A stretch of 64,000 bases of DNA from Lepidodermella squamata. Taxonomy: Eukaryota > Animalia > Gastrotricha. The translations under genes were made by a program, and so were the position numbers. Each line of letters starts with the position of its first letter. Position 1 is the stretch's first letter. The DNA lies in contig JBLDXI010000015.1 of the NCBI GenBank assembly GCA_047495785.1, positions 3,038,001 to 3,102,000 of the forward strand, given 5' to 3'. The notes under the pieces are model-generated. The model searched no databases. It saw nothing but the letters and a program-made list of their open reading frames with translations, and was not told the origin of the DNA. Below, piece by piece: positions 38,601 through 50,254 of this stretch.

Positions 38601-39249
38601 CATCAACAAAATGAAACCTCGCTGGCGAGTAACTTGGCGGAAGGGGTCACGCGCAGCGAAGCAGAAGAATATTGAAAGCCATTCCTGAGTTAGCGTTTCC
38701 GTTGTTCTACCGTCGTGGATAGTAGTGGCCGATGGGCCGCTGTTGCTAGTGACGCCGTATCTGAGCACGCCGTTGCTAGGAAGCACACTGATGGGGCAAC
38801 AAATTTCAAGCTGATGCATCCTTTCGAGTAGAAGAATTATTTTCATGAGCGGCACGTGCTTGGCCTCGGTGTTGTTTACGAATGGCGTCATAACCGATAT
38901 GAAATTCAAAAATTCAAAATTGTCCGTCTGACCTGGATTTTGACTTGCCGCTGTCTCGGAAACCAGGGCAACCTCGAGCCCGGTCTGTACCGAGGGGGGA
39001 GGAATCACTGCCGAAGAGGTGACGACTGATAGGAAAGCCAGCAAAAATGACAGCGTTGTCACGAGAGCCAACCTATTAGAGTTGGATGGAAGCTGCCTCA
39101 TCTTCGATTGATTGCCAGGCAGCCGATCCACAACTTCGCTTGCCGTAGTTGACGTAGTCGATGTTAGTTTCGAGAAGTATATACAATATTTAATCGTCAA
39201 CGGTCAGAGCCGTCCCCTATCTCAGAAAATTTAATATTCAATCGCAGAT
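35671..39249 (-). mobile_element. Young CR1/L2-group non-LTR retrotransposon insertion
   Basis: The empty site gtgaccTActtttt is visible in copy 1 (~27069-27082). The element has a (TAAA)-like 3' tail at 35671 and one uninterrupted APE-RT ORF. Confidence 0.92.
35865..39101 (-). CDS. LINE ORF: N-terminal leader, apurinic-like endonuclease and reverse transcriptase
   Basis: Endonuclease motifs QANLNGL, FLGE, GGGVG, IYRRP, GGDFN, LDH and SDH. RT motifs NFRPIS, QHGFR, DLSKAFD, GVPQGSVLGP and YADD. First ATG at 39101. Confidence 0.93.
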   Translation of the reverse strand: MRQLPSNSNRLALVTTLSFLLAFLSVVTSSAVIPPPSVQTGLEVALVSETAASQNPGQTDNFEFLNFISVMTPFVNNTEAKHVPLMKIILLLERMHQLEICCPISVLPSNGVLRYGVTSNSGPSATTIHDGRTTETLTQEWLSIFFCFAARDPFRQVTRQRGFILLMLLISGLSPNPGPTQPAQLVPPTMDHQELVGSRFAPNLHCFVQANLNGLLTKDKLPNLAEFAEVVRPTAIFLGEVKVLDGCMPKYVDDAFAENFSVPEDPYFGYECFWKGRSHSGGGGVGLLVYKTHAVVVERSLSSKVFENYQCVVTLPSGKILSMTSIYRRPKGSSDEFNNNDADDLEEFLLLCKDITADYQIIGGDFNWNLRDVNVASAMTKVFADFDLRPAYTQLVTRPASEKCLDHFWTNIPQAEIAQTGTIMGLSDHYATSLVLDNDGEEKSKPPTNSKFRDYNSVDTERLNQLLQEKLATVNESDDCETFWSQIKLRLLAVMDEVAPLIDKEQAKKRNRNVWTQLSRDESLQKATNFNLFFSQAGKIVAESLGGCLNFARRKRSSTPFTFRPVSVTDVEKAIDKLSYKATTGFDGIPECIVKMAKPSIARHLTALFNLAIRDGVFISDWKTAIVTPLHKSGSKAEVGNFRPISITSPLARTFERCLATQLKDHLRAIKFLTPAQHGFRQYHSTDTCVASFTERWRHLLDKGNVVGAVSIDLSKAFDTLHHDGIIESLRSAGVTEKSIRLLINYLSNRRQTTKINGEASPFESIDCGVPQGSVLGPLMFTIYVNDLPLILRRCGIAQYADDITIFYGSKNINELHSVLQLELDRVCAWLKQNSLAVNGKKSQFMLLKPHLSTAPDFKVTIGGVAIKPSEIMDTLGFKIDNKLQFDEHVEMAKGKARKGLFALKQAVNAGIDRKTAVMMTNGLVVSHLNYGDLTLGQASKSTRDKLQSSQDRAIKIIYGAHPLADPAPLRHRLGWLTVGQKHAMHLCTFMWKSLNKMAPDEFTLMFKLNDRSHGYSCRNFEPMLKPTYTSERGQLSMSYRGPHLWNQMPSSVYEAESAKACRQAAYLHYYNINAALL

Positions 39250-40275
39250 TACTTTTTAACAGCCTCCTTTTTTGAAATGATTCGTTATACAATGAGGTCA
39301 ACAAGTGTTGAGAGGTCTAAACGCTCGATTTCGTACAAAAATCGACCGTTAAAGTCGACTTTTATCGCCCGTAGTGCATTTATGTTTGCGATATAAAGCC
39401 CCATTTACCACTATAAAGTTGGCTTTATGTTCGAAAACCATACCGGTCGACTTTATCGATAAAGGCTGCTTCGAAAACAACCCTCAATATTAGCTAACTT
39501 TCGGAATGGGCAGAGGCAAAAGGCAAATGTTGGCCTGAAGGCTCAGGTCTAGGCTCATGCAGATCTCGCACTTGTTTGCTTTAACATCCTCTCTTGGCGC
39601 CACACCGATTCTCCAGTTGATCTGAGCCCGCTCCGGAGCAAGATAGGGCGCAAGCATAGAGAAAAAACGACCCTTTTCACTTTGTTCTCTATGAGCGCAA
39701 GTTGCAGCTGGCTCAAGTCTCTAAGCAATCGGCGATGATCCTCGGTTCCGATGGATTTTCTGCGGAATCGAACGAGATCCATCGACCAAATTGACTTGGC
39801 CCGCTTGTTTCCGTGTCTGCAATCCTTCAACCGTAAATTTTCTCGCAATTACGGAATAATAAAATAAATGGGTCGTGGGGGATATCTCGTCTCCATTTTC
39901 AATACGAGTGCAGTCGTTGTTTTGCTCGGTGCTATTCACGCACACGGCCGAAACCGGGTGAATGACGAGCTATAGGACATACGTTAATATTTTTCGGCGA
40001 AAACCGAAAAACAATTGTCATCTGATAAAACAAAGATGATCAGGGAGTTGAAGTTTTGCCTACGTTGCCGCGTATTTTTCTCTTGCCAAAATCATCCTAC
40101 GCACTTAAATCGCAAAATAACGTGATGTGCGTCCAAGCGCCTGAATCTACATGTTATTCTCCTACGCCGGAATGAGGCATTGGCGAGGGCGTTTCGATTC
40201 GATATAATGGCAGGTATTCATTCAATTTTTCATTATTTCCGTTTTCCTCAATTGACAAATACTCCATTTTACGCG

Positions 40276-42604
40276 ATGAACAGACTGTTTTTGGTGGCAG
40301 GTCTAACTGGTAAGCTAATCCGAAGCAATACATATACTCCCTTTCATCCATTACTTTTTTATTCTTCTAGCGCTCTGTTATGCAGACTTACTAGAATTTC
40401 AACACGAGGCTGCGAGGCAAGCAAGTGTTGAGACTTGCGATACCACAGGACTTCCCGATACATTGGATCACTCGAAGCTTCATCCGGAATGGTTTGACGT
40501 CAAGAGCCAGCACTGCCAGGGCTGTTACTACTGGTCGGCTGTTGCTGCAACTCGTTGCGCCTGGTCGAAGGCCTGGGGCAAACCAGCTCCGAAAATCTCC
40601 GAGCAGGTTAGCATTCTCCTGAACGACGAGCGTAAAAATATAAGCTTTTCCACAGGCATTGATCGATTGCAATGCGCCAAACTGTAATGGTACCGGCGGA
40701 GCTCCTGAGAACGTGTACGACTTCATGGTCAGGAATGGTGGCACGCCGACTTATGACCAATACCCGATACGCGACTACATGAACGAGGGGTTGCGAGGGC
40801 AGTGCAAGTACGACCAGTTTCCCAAGAGTATCCCCTTTCGGAAAGCCCGTACCGATCCGGCGCCATGGAACTCGTGGGGATACAAGAGTTTCAGCGGCAA
40901 GAGCTTCACATGCACCAAGAAGGTAGAAAAACGGTTCGATATGATTTGATTGAAATAGTTTAGGATTTGCGTTCCTCAAGGCTATCAATGATTATGGTTG
41001 CCTGACTATGCCGTACTGCAGCACCGCTCCCGGCTCGAATGGATACAAGGGGGGAATCATGGACTGGGGAGTCGGCGGGTGCAACAAAATCTACCGAATG
41101 GACCACGTCGTTGCGCTTGTTGGTTACGGTGTCGATCAGGCGAGCGGACGGCCGTACTACGTCGGTCTGAACAGCTGGGGGACGAATTGGGGAGAAGGAG
41201 GTTTCTTTAGAGTCTACGCTGACTCGGTTGCCGTTGGCGTCTCGGCTCCTCTAGTCGAGACACCTGACACCTTAGGAAAGGTGGTTCCTTACGATCGCGT
41301 CAACGACCTAGCGCTATCCAATGCTCAGCTGTTTATTGGGGAGGGGACGGCAAAAGCTAGCCAATGCCCTTGGTCTAATTTCCGGTATTTCTAAGCTTTA
41401 AATTGTGTTAGCATTCTAGCTATATTTGATTTCAGCACCCTGACCGAAGTCTATAGCTGTTATATAACAGCTAGCGGTCTCGGCGACTTCGCTACTACTG
41501 CTGCTGCTAAGCGAGGCAAAACGCTGAATGACGTGGCTGATGCTGTGGCTGGATTCGACTACAACTTCGAAGATTCTAAATGCAGACCTCAGGAGAAAGT
41601 AGCCGCGTGTTCTCCTATTCCAGTCGGCTATGGCTCGCTGTCAAATTATCCCGCGGAGATCAAACCGGAGGCTTGCCGTTACGCCTCGTGCGCTGTTAAC
41701 GAGTACAAGAAACTAGCAACTACCGACGACTGCAAAACGTTTCAGCTGTATTTCGAAATGGCTTCCGAGTTCCAAATCAACAAGTTCTGTCCTGGAGGAG
41801 TTCCATCGTCAGCGCCAGCTCCTGCCCCAGCGCCAGCTCCAGCCCCTGCACCTGCTCCAGCTCCAGCTCCAGCACCTGCTCCAGCACCCGCGCCCGCCCC
41901 AGCTCCTGCTCCTGCGCCAGCTCCCGCCCCTGCTCCTGCTCCTGCTCCTGCTCCAGCCCCCGCCCCAGCTCCAGTACCAACCGGACCTATTCCGGACTGG
42001 TATGCTGATAGCTACTTCATGCTATACCGCGCTTTCTGGGGATCTTTGGTGTATCCTGGTGATGAAGCGTCACTGGCAGACTGCAAACAGAAATGCTGGG
42101 TTGCTTACTTGTACAGCGGATCAGATTCCACCAACAGGTTTGTATCTGAGCTCATCCAAATTTTCTAGTTTCAGTGATTTAAATTGCAGAGACGAGTACA
42201 CTTATACGCTGTGCGGAAATCAATGCGTTCCAACTAAAGTTGCGAATGTCACCGCGATTGCTACTAAAAATGGCTTGTCATACCAGGATCTGATCAGAGC
42301 AGACAGCAGTTTCCGAACCGCACGATTCTACGGAGGTGCTTCTAACACTTGTTACCAGGGGCAAGTTAGCGGTGTCGCTCAATGCCCAGCTCCGCCTGCT
42401 TCAGCATCGTCTATTGACCTGAGATACTTCCTGTCGTATTCTAGCTCCTTCAAGACTGAAATTTCCCAGACCTGTGCCCATCTCAAGTGCGCCATTCCGG
42501 TTTACAAGAGCATGACGGGACCGGCGGCTTGCATGAGTTCAAAGCCTATCCTGTGGATCAGCCACCAGTGGTTCTTGGACACACTTGGTTCCCTTTGCCA
42601 GTGA
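40276..42604 (+). CDS. Secreted prodomain-less papain-family protease with two Cys-rich domains and an (AP)27 linker, copy 2
   Basis: Same six-exon structure as copy 1 (+12183 bp). The protease domain is identical at the protein level. Confidence 0.9.
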
Positions 42605-42789
42605 TTGTGCGCTGTGAGATGTAATGCTGAAAATGCAATTGAGAGAGTTGAAGAGATGAAGAAGAGTAAATTATGATTGCAGTATTTATCTGTAGATTTG
42701 ACGTGTGTAAATTGAATGTCTGCGCAAATGCTTTTGAATTTGAGAGATATGTTAAATAAAGTATATGGGAGTGAGCTTTGGCTTCTTTC

Positions 42790-43000
42790 AAAGGAAAACA
42801 CGTATTGTGGCCATAAAGGATCATTGGAACTACTTTACTGTTCAATGCTATGGGCCTACGAGCGATGCCGAAGAAGAGGCGAAGGAGCGTTTTATGGGAT
42901 GCTCCAGAGCAGAGTCTCGATAGCCCATAAACATGACCTACTGATAGTCATGGGCGACTTCAACGCTAAAGTGGGCCGTGATAACAACGGGTTTGAGGTC
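42790..43000 (+). mobile_element. Frameshifted fragment of an RTE-type APE endonuclease
   Basis: VQCYGPTSDAEEE, then after a frameshift AFYGMLQ...LIVMGDFNAKVGRD. Confidence 0.7.
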
Positions 43001-43189
43001 TTGAGTATATACGTCGTAGTCTAATAAGCAATTGAGAATCCAAGTAGTTGTTGCCAATTTGCTCAAAAATCTAGTTTAATATGCTGTTATGATTGACGAC
43101 ATATATAAATAAAACCGCCTGGATATTCGAAAGTTAGCCTTTATTTCACTCGAAATAATTTGTGAAAATATATAATTAAAATAATGGTA

Positions 43190-46100
43190 CTAATGAACTG
43201 TTTTTATCAGTGCTAGGTGAAGCATAAAAAGAGCAGCAACGGCAAGATAGCATGATTTTGTCATATTCGCTCCGCTTATAACAACTGTTTGAGTCTGTAA
43301 ACCAATAATACATAACAATCCATGACATAAGACTTTTAAAAGAATATACCTGTGTGACAACTGGCGGCTTGATCGCGTATAAACATCGCGGCCTTTCGCT
43401 AGAATATCGGCACTGGATGCAAGCCAGACCAGATTCGCAGATGGTCTCGCGCGAAATCGGGCAAACTGAGTTCTTGCCGATAACAACGCCGCTTCTCGCA
43501 CATGTTTTCGCCGTCTCATTCCTTTCGTTCAAGTAGTCTTGAAGAACATAACCGGGTTGGCAGAGGCAAATGCCGGCTATGCATGATGCCCTAAGATGAA
43601 TAAAACAAAAAATGAAGGTTCGCAAAAAATAAAAAAAATTCCGGAAAATTTACCGATCTAAAAGGCTGCAGTCTACATCACTGGTGCAACTGTCGCCATA
43701 AGTAGCAGCGCGGCAGGTGTAATCGGATTGTCGTACACTGCCAGGTGGACACGTACACTTGCCTAAAATATCAGGAAAAATATCCAGTTTTAAAGGAAAA
43801 ATTTGGAAAATAGCGAGAATCTTACTGTTTTTGCAGCTTAGGTCGTAGTAACATTCCTCTGACGCAGCGCAATCTTCTCCATAAATTTTATTCGCCGTGA
43901 TGCTTACACAACGGCCAAGTGGCCCTCGTTTGAACCCATCCTGTTATAAGATAATTGTTTTTAATTTTAATTCAAATTGAAAGATTGAAACAATTCACTC
44001 GATTTGGGTTTAAAATCACCCCTCAAATTAGGGTGGTAATTCCCCTCAAATTAGGGTGACTGATTACAAAAAAATAGATTTTAGTTTTAGACGCAATCAC
44101 GACTGTATAGGACCTCAAAATTTCCTAGTAAAGATGTATTCTTTGTAACAACCAGCACAAAAACATTTATCATTATTCAAACGCCGAAATGTTGTCATTC
44201 CCAAGATTAGGTTAAGGTGGAGATGAAAATCAGCAATTTTACCTGACAAGTACACACGCCTTCGGTCGAGCATCTCGAATTTTCAGTGCAGACAACGTCT
44301 GGTGAGTCGCATCGCTCGTCAATCCGCCTTCCGATGTAGCATCGACCGGACAGGAGGACATAACCAGGCTGGCAAGCGCATTGGCCGTAGTAGCACTGCG
44401 TTGTTATCCGATCACAACTACAAATAAATACAGTAGGTAAATTAATTGTTTTTTTATTTAGCGAAAAGTAAATTTTACCGAGAATTAGCTGTGTTACATT
44501 GCCAATTTTCCTGGCATCTTGATCCAATTCCGGTGGCAGACGCTGCAACTTGATCACATGAACTACCTGTATAGCCAGCGTTACATGTACATTGATCCTA
44601 ATGATTCATTAAGATTCATTCAGATTTTCAATAAAATTGATGTCAAAATTACCGGGCCAGTGCAACGACCGTTGACGCAGGCTTAAATAAATAATTAAAA
44701 TGTAGTTGAATTGATTATTTCGATCAAAAATATATTACAGTTTGAGCAGGCTGGATTGACGCAACCTTGCCCTGACCAGCCACTGCGGCATTTGCAAGTG
44801 TTAGGCGCTATGCAATCTCTGATGGAGAAATCGTTAGTAAAACCTGAAATATTTAATCAAAGTTCTCTATACCCGTTAGGCCCACAGCTCGTCGCGCAAG
44901 TTGGAGTGTTGCAGCCTGTTCCACTCCAACCAGGATCTGTTAATTAATGGTGAGTTAGGATTTGCAGTTGTAGACAACAAAATTACGAAAACTTACTGCA
45001 CTTGCATTGATTCGGAGCCACACATTGGGCATTAGCACCGCATCCTAGAAATTAAAAAAAAATAATTGATAAATTTATTTCAAATAAGCTGGTTTTTTCT
45101 ACCTCCAGAGCATAGGGGAACAGTACATCTTGGGCCACTCCAATTTTTTGCGCAATTGCAGGTTCCTGAACCCGAGCAAACCCCGCGACCCTGGCTGAAG
45201 TTGCAGTCTTCGTCTGTCTTACAAACAGCAGTATCTGACGAGCCTTGAGTCTCACAAGCTACACCAGAGTAACCAGCAGCTAATAATTAATAAAAATAGA
45301 TTTTAAACGATTTTAGAGAAAAAAACGTACGACAACTGCAAAAGTCAGGTTGTGAACAATAGCCGCCATTTTGGCAAGGATTCTGCGTACAAACTGCAAC
45401 ATCTAAACGGAAGATTGAAATCTTAATTTTTTTGTCTCAATTTTAACAACAATATTTAACCGCAATACTGCCCAGCCCAGCCATACGGACAAGCACACGT
45501 TCCACTTGCTCGAGGCGTTCCGCCATTTTGGCAATTTACGTCTAAAATTTAGCGCACTTTAATCAATCAATTCGGGTGAATAGCGAATTTCTGCCTACTT
45601 GGTGGTGGTTGTTGAGTAGTTGTTGGACTCGATGTTGAAGTGGAGCATGTTTTTCCGGTAAAACCAGCCCTGCAAACGCAGAAATCAGGACCCTGACAGG
45701 TACCACCATTTTGACAGGCCGGCGAACAATCTAATTAGCATAATTTAAATTTATTCGGTTTTTTTGCTTATTTATTACTTGGCCTGCTTGTTGTCGAGCA
45801 TCCATAAGCTTGGCTAGAATAACAGATAACTAATCGAAACAGAAAATACTATTTATAAACTTACTTGATAGCTGCGATGTCTCCGTAGGACATGCCGAAT
45901 CGCTGGCCCATTAACCGCGATTGAGGAGTATCCACTTTCGGGGTCAGGGTGCGTGACACCGGGTCAACAGCGTAGGCGAACGGGCCGAAATGCGTGATCG
46001 AGGTGAAGTCGTAAGCGCCGATTTGCAGACCGTTGTAATCAATCATTATCTGATCTATTCCAGATTCCTGATTTAAACGCAAAAATTGTCGGGGAAATTT

Positions 46101-49100
46101 ATTAGGGGGAATTAAAAAAAACCTGAACATTATTGAAATCGACTGTTATGAAATCGTCCCGATCTTGCCTTTGATGTTCATGGCCGAAGCCAAGCAAGTG
46201 CATAATCATGTGCTGAAAATGAGAAAAATTTATTATTATAATTTACGATAATGAATATAAGCCTAAATTGAAATAATTGCCATCTAATTTGGGTTCCAGA
46301 ATTAAATTCAAGCATGCTAACACTCGATTTTTTGCCTTGTTTCGATTTGGAATTTTAGTTGTCTCAAGATAAACCATATAAGTCTGGAGTTTTTCATTTT
46401 AGCAACCTTGTAGAGAAGAAATCCCTAATTTCGGCCACTGCCTAAACTCGGCCGCTGGTTCCGGTTCCCTAATTCCGGCCAGGAGTCTAAGTGACTTCAA
46501 AATTAGCCATAAATCAAGGTAAAATCGTCCGGACTTGCGGAAACCGGCAATCGATAGCCCAAGAACTCCACTATAATTATGTATTCGCTGAATATTTTCT
46601 AAAAATTCACCTGGCTGGCAAGATTGGAAAAACCCGAAAAGTGGCGGAATTTAGGGTGGGATGCTCTGCCCAAAGATATCAGAAGAATGACTAATTTGCA
46701 AAATCGATACCGGAAGTCGATATCGGCACCTCAGACCGAAGTTAAAATCCTAATTTGACCGGCCTAGTATGCGTAATAGGAAGATCAGGAAAAAAAAATT
46801 GAAAAATTCAAACTGGAACTTCAACTATCGGGTTCAACAACCGATTAAAAATGTTCCAATTTTACCCAGATCAGTTTCTTTCTCTGAGCTTCAAATTTAA
46901 TAAAATGAAAATTTAATAAAAATTAATTTAAATTTTGAAATTTTTACGAGCCAGGGGGATGTGATCGAAGCAAATGTGTAAATTTTAGTTTAACCTGATA
47001 TTTTTTAATTGATTTCAAATTTTCGAAAGTGTGATCGAAGTAAATAACCTTAGGTTTTCGGGCGAAAATTACTTTATTTAAATAAAATCGCGCATTTCAT
47101 AGTTTCGCAACAATGGCGACGATTGTTGCATAACACTGTCTGTTCAGCACATGTACAGTAATTCGGATTTTTAAGCTTTTTGTGGCTTTTATCGCACTCT
47201 GATTATTTGTCTGGACCTGCTTACAACATGGGCAAAAGGGAACATTCAACTTGAACTCTTATTTCATACAATTAGGGTGAAATTTGGCTAATGCAGCCTG
47301 AAGCGGATTTTCTTGGAATGGGAATATTTCTAGCGGGACTAGTCAGCCCCGAAAGTGTTGCACTGTTCTCGCAGTTTAATACAGGCTCTCTTTATATTGC
47401 TGATAGTGTAAATCAAACCAATATTATTGCCCGGATTGTTCATGAAAAGCTGCAGCTTCGATATATTTCGGAATTTTGATTCGTGTGGGTTGAAAGAAGG
47501 GAGAATAGGTAATGCAAGCACATGGCTGACATTAAGATTATAATTTTCCAGAACTTTGCCTGATTTGAAAATTGGCAGCGGGGCAATCAACCTAAACATC
47601 TAGCTATGTATTTCGATTATTGATTTGGAAATTCATGAATAATTTCTGATATTAAATGCAGAATGACTGCCGATAAATCTGATATGTACGCGATTTTCGC
47701 TGCTCGCTGATACGGCCCTGATTTTATGGTCAGGTTAGGTTAGGGTCGGGGTTAGGGTTTGAGGCAAGCTTGTTTCGAGGTCCGAAAACACCAAAATACC
47801 TATGGCCAAAATTTGCGCCATTTGTGGAAGCAACAAAATTCGCATCCATGTACGAGCATCGCTCAGCGAAATCGAAGATTTCGGTTACGTTTACTAGTAC
47901 CTTAAAGTGAAAAAATTATGGCACTATTGCTGTCCTCGTAAGTGCTGCTGAAAATAACGTATTCCTGAACACGCGATGAATCAGCATATTCATTGTTGCG
48001 CAAGAGATTTCAGCTGAAAACTTGATTAATTTTGCGATAAAAAGCCATATTTTAATAAAATCTAAGTCCTGCCTCGAGCAAGACATAGATTTTATTTGAT
48101 TTATGGTATTTTTCGTCGATTTCGAGCTATTTTTAGCCAAATTTATTTGAATAATGTCAAGAATGAGGTCAAAAAGTGAAAAGCAGGAGAATCAATTTGA
48201 TTTCGCTCGGTTTTTATTTAAAATTTGCCCCAAAGTAAATTTTCAAATTAATTTTGGCCGAAAACAGCGAATATTTAATAATTTTGGGTAAATTATAATA
48301 AATTCATACGAATAATAAATTTTTTTTGCTTCGATCACATCCCCCCCAGGGAAATTAGTAAATAATTTTTCAATTTTAAAAGATATTTTTTTAATATATT
48401 TTTTTACCAGCATTTCACCAGAGTTATCCAAGCAGCTGGAACCTAGCTCAACTTCTTGCATGCCACCCAGGTAACCAACCGGAGCTCTACACGCTTCCTG
48501 GCCATCAATTCGTCGAAATAGAATAAAATCCTCCTCGCCAGTGTTCGCCGTAAACCTGACACACGTCAACTGGTTGATCTTATCAATCGCCCGCATAACC
48601 GCAGATCGCGCGGATGACGGGAAACTTGTGCCGCCTTCAAACTCATACGCAACCTTGCTATTAGGCCAAAGAGTTGTTGTCAACAAGGCACGCGAGCTAA
48701 CGGGAGTATCAACCGGCCGCAGAATGTCCGACGATGAAGATGAAGACGCGTAGCAAAGGCCTGTAGTCACCTTGGCGGCTGCCACCTTAACCGCGCCATC
48801 TACATCGCCCGAAGTCGCCGTAATTTTCAACCGAAACGGCACGCTAGAAATGCGAAGAATTGCCTGAGCCTTTTCCCACTTGGAAGTAGCGTTTCCGGTC
48901 GTGAAAATCGGTATCGCTTCAAAGTCGCTAGAACTTCCTTCAACTGATCGATAAATTGAAAGTTCGCTATTAGATCGCAGGTCATACATGACCGAGAAGC
49001 AGTATGATTTAGGCAGCTGAGCTGCGGCGATGCTAATTTGAGGGCTAGTTAACGAGGCCTTCAGTCTTTCTCCATTCCCACTTGGCCAGCGAGTGGTTGT

Positions 49101-49319
49101 CGAAGATGCGTTCTTACCAGCTTGCGTCCTGGCAAACGACCGGTATCGACCCTCTGAACTGCGGCTAATTTCCCATTTCAGCGTCTTTGAACTTGAACCT
49201 TCGGATGACTGTTGATATCGGCATAGGTTGGATGAAAACTGACATTCAAGCGCTTTGATATCGTCGTTTTGAGCGGAGACTAATTTGCAAATTAGCAGAA
49301 CGACAGCAAATTTCAACAT
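43190..49319 (-). CDS. Multi-exon MAM + astacin-like (catalytic Glu replaced by Met) + EGF/EB-repeat protein with a C-terminal GPI-type signal
   Basis: Signal peptide, MAM domain (CQFSSNLCRY...LTSP...YCFSVMY...WEKA), LWPNSKVAYEF, TCVRF, GEML|HMIMHLLGFGHEHQRQDRD, YDFTSITHF, CQNGGTC-type EGF repeats and the hydrophobic tail CYLAVAALFMLHLAL. The internal small exons were not all delimited. Confidence 0.85.
46954..48346. mobile_element. Non-autonomous TIR element in the 2.2-kb astacin intron
   Basis: gggggatgtgatcgaagcaaa / tttgcttcgatcacatccccc 21-bp TIRs, with ccag overlapping both ends. Confidence 0.7.
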
Positions 49320-50254
49320 GCTGCTTTCCGTTTTATTCTGGATTCTTAAAATATGTTGTTAAGCTGAGGTTAAACGCGTCGATGTTTCGTATTATGAGCT
49401 GATGATATGCATTTAGATATCTCATCATCATGAATGAAGACGAATACGCTTCGTGATCAACGTAGGTGTTATTCGTGAGCAACGACTTGCTACTATATAT
49501 GTGTGTAGCATATAGTTTAAGCGGGATTTAAAAAAACCGCTTCATCACGACTTTCACTTAAGCTGGTCGTGCTAACGGCAGTGGAAGCTGTGGCTTGTTA
49601 CTTATTTTAAAGGCGAGAATCATCTGCGTGTATCAATCTAAAGGTAACGTGTTTAGTTTTTTAAAAGACGGCCCACCCTTTGAAATCCGTTTTTCAAAAT
49701 GGAAATCTGAACACGACATTGCAGGGTTCTATTTTATGATTAAACTTGACAGTAACAGATTGAATGGTAGAATTGACTTATTTCTATACGCCAATGTGTT
49801 ACAATGAATCTTAATTTCAACTCACCTGTTTTCAATAAACCTTTTTCGAATACAAAAGCACGATGCATTCAACGGCCTTGAAATCTGGGTCAAATTTGAT
49901 TAAAGAAGCTTGGTGACAGAGCTAATTTTTTCACAATCAAGAAAATGTGCCACGGAAATTTCATGTAATTTTATTTTATTTGTCCAAAATGAGCTCACGT
50001 TGCACCTGATTTTTCAGGTAGATGTCCTTTTAAATGGTAATTCGAGAAAAGATAAGACTTTGTCCGTTCCTAGTGTATATCAGATTATCGATAAAACAAA
50101 ATTGAGCGGAGATAAGTTATCGCAACACAACAGCCCTCGATCATAACTACGTAGAGGATAGAGGATAGACTCTATGGAGTTTTCGTCATCACCTATTTGA
50201 AATATCGCTTGTAGCTAAGTAGGAAAACACAGCTCAGGATTTCGAAATCAAGTC

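Larger units (their letters stand above)
35157..42710 (+). repeat. Segmental duplication copy 2
   Basis: Colinear with 26565-30527 apart from the 3579-bp LINE and small indels. Confidence 0.92.

Noticed and set aside
47728-47760. ggttag/ttaggg telomere-like repeats
   Set aside because: Only a few degenerate units, lying inside an intronic TIR element.
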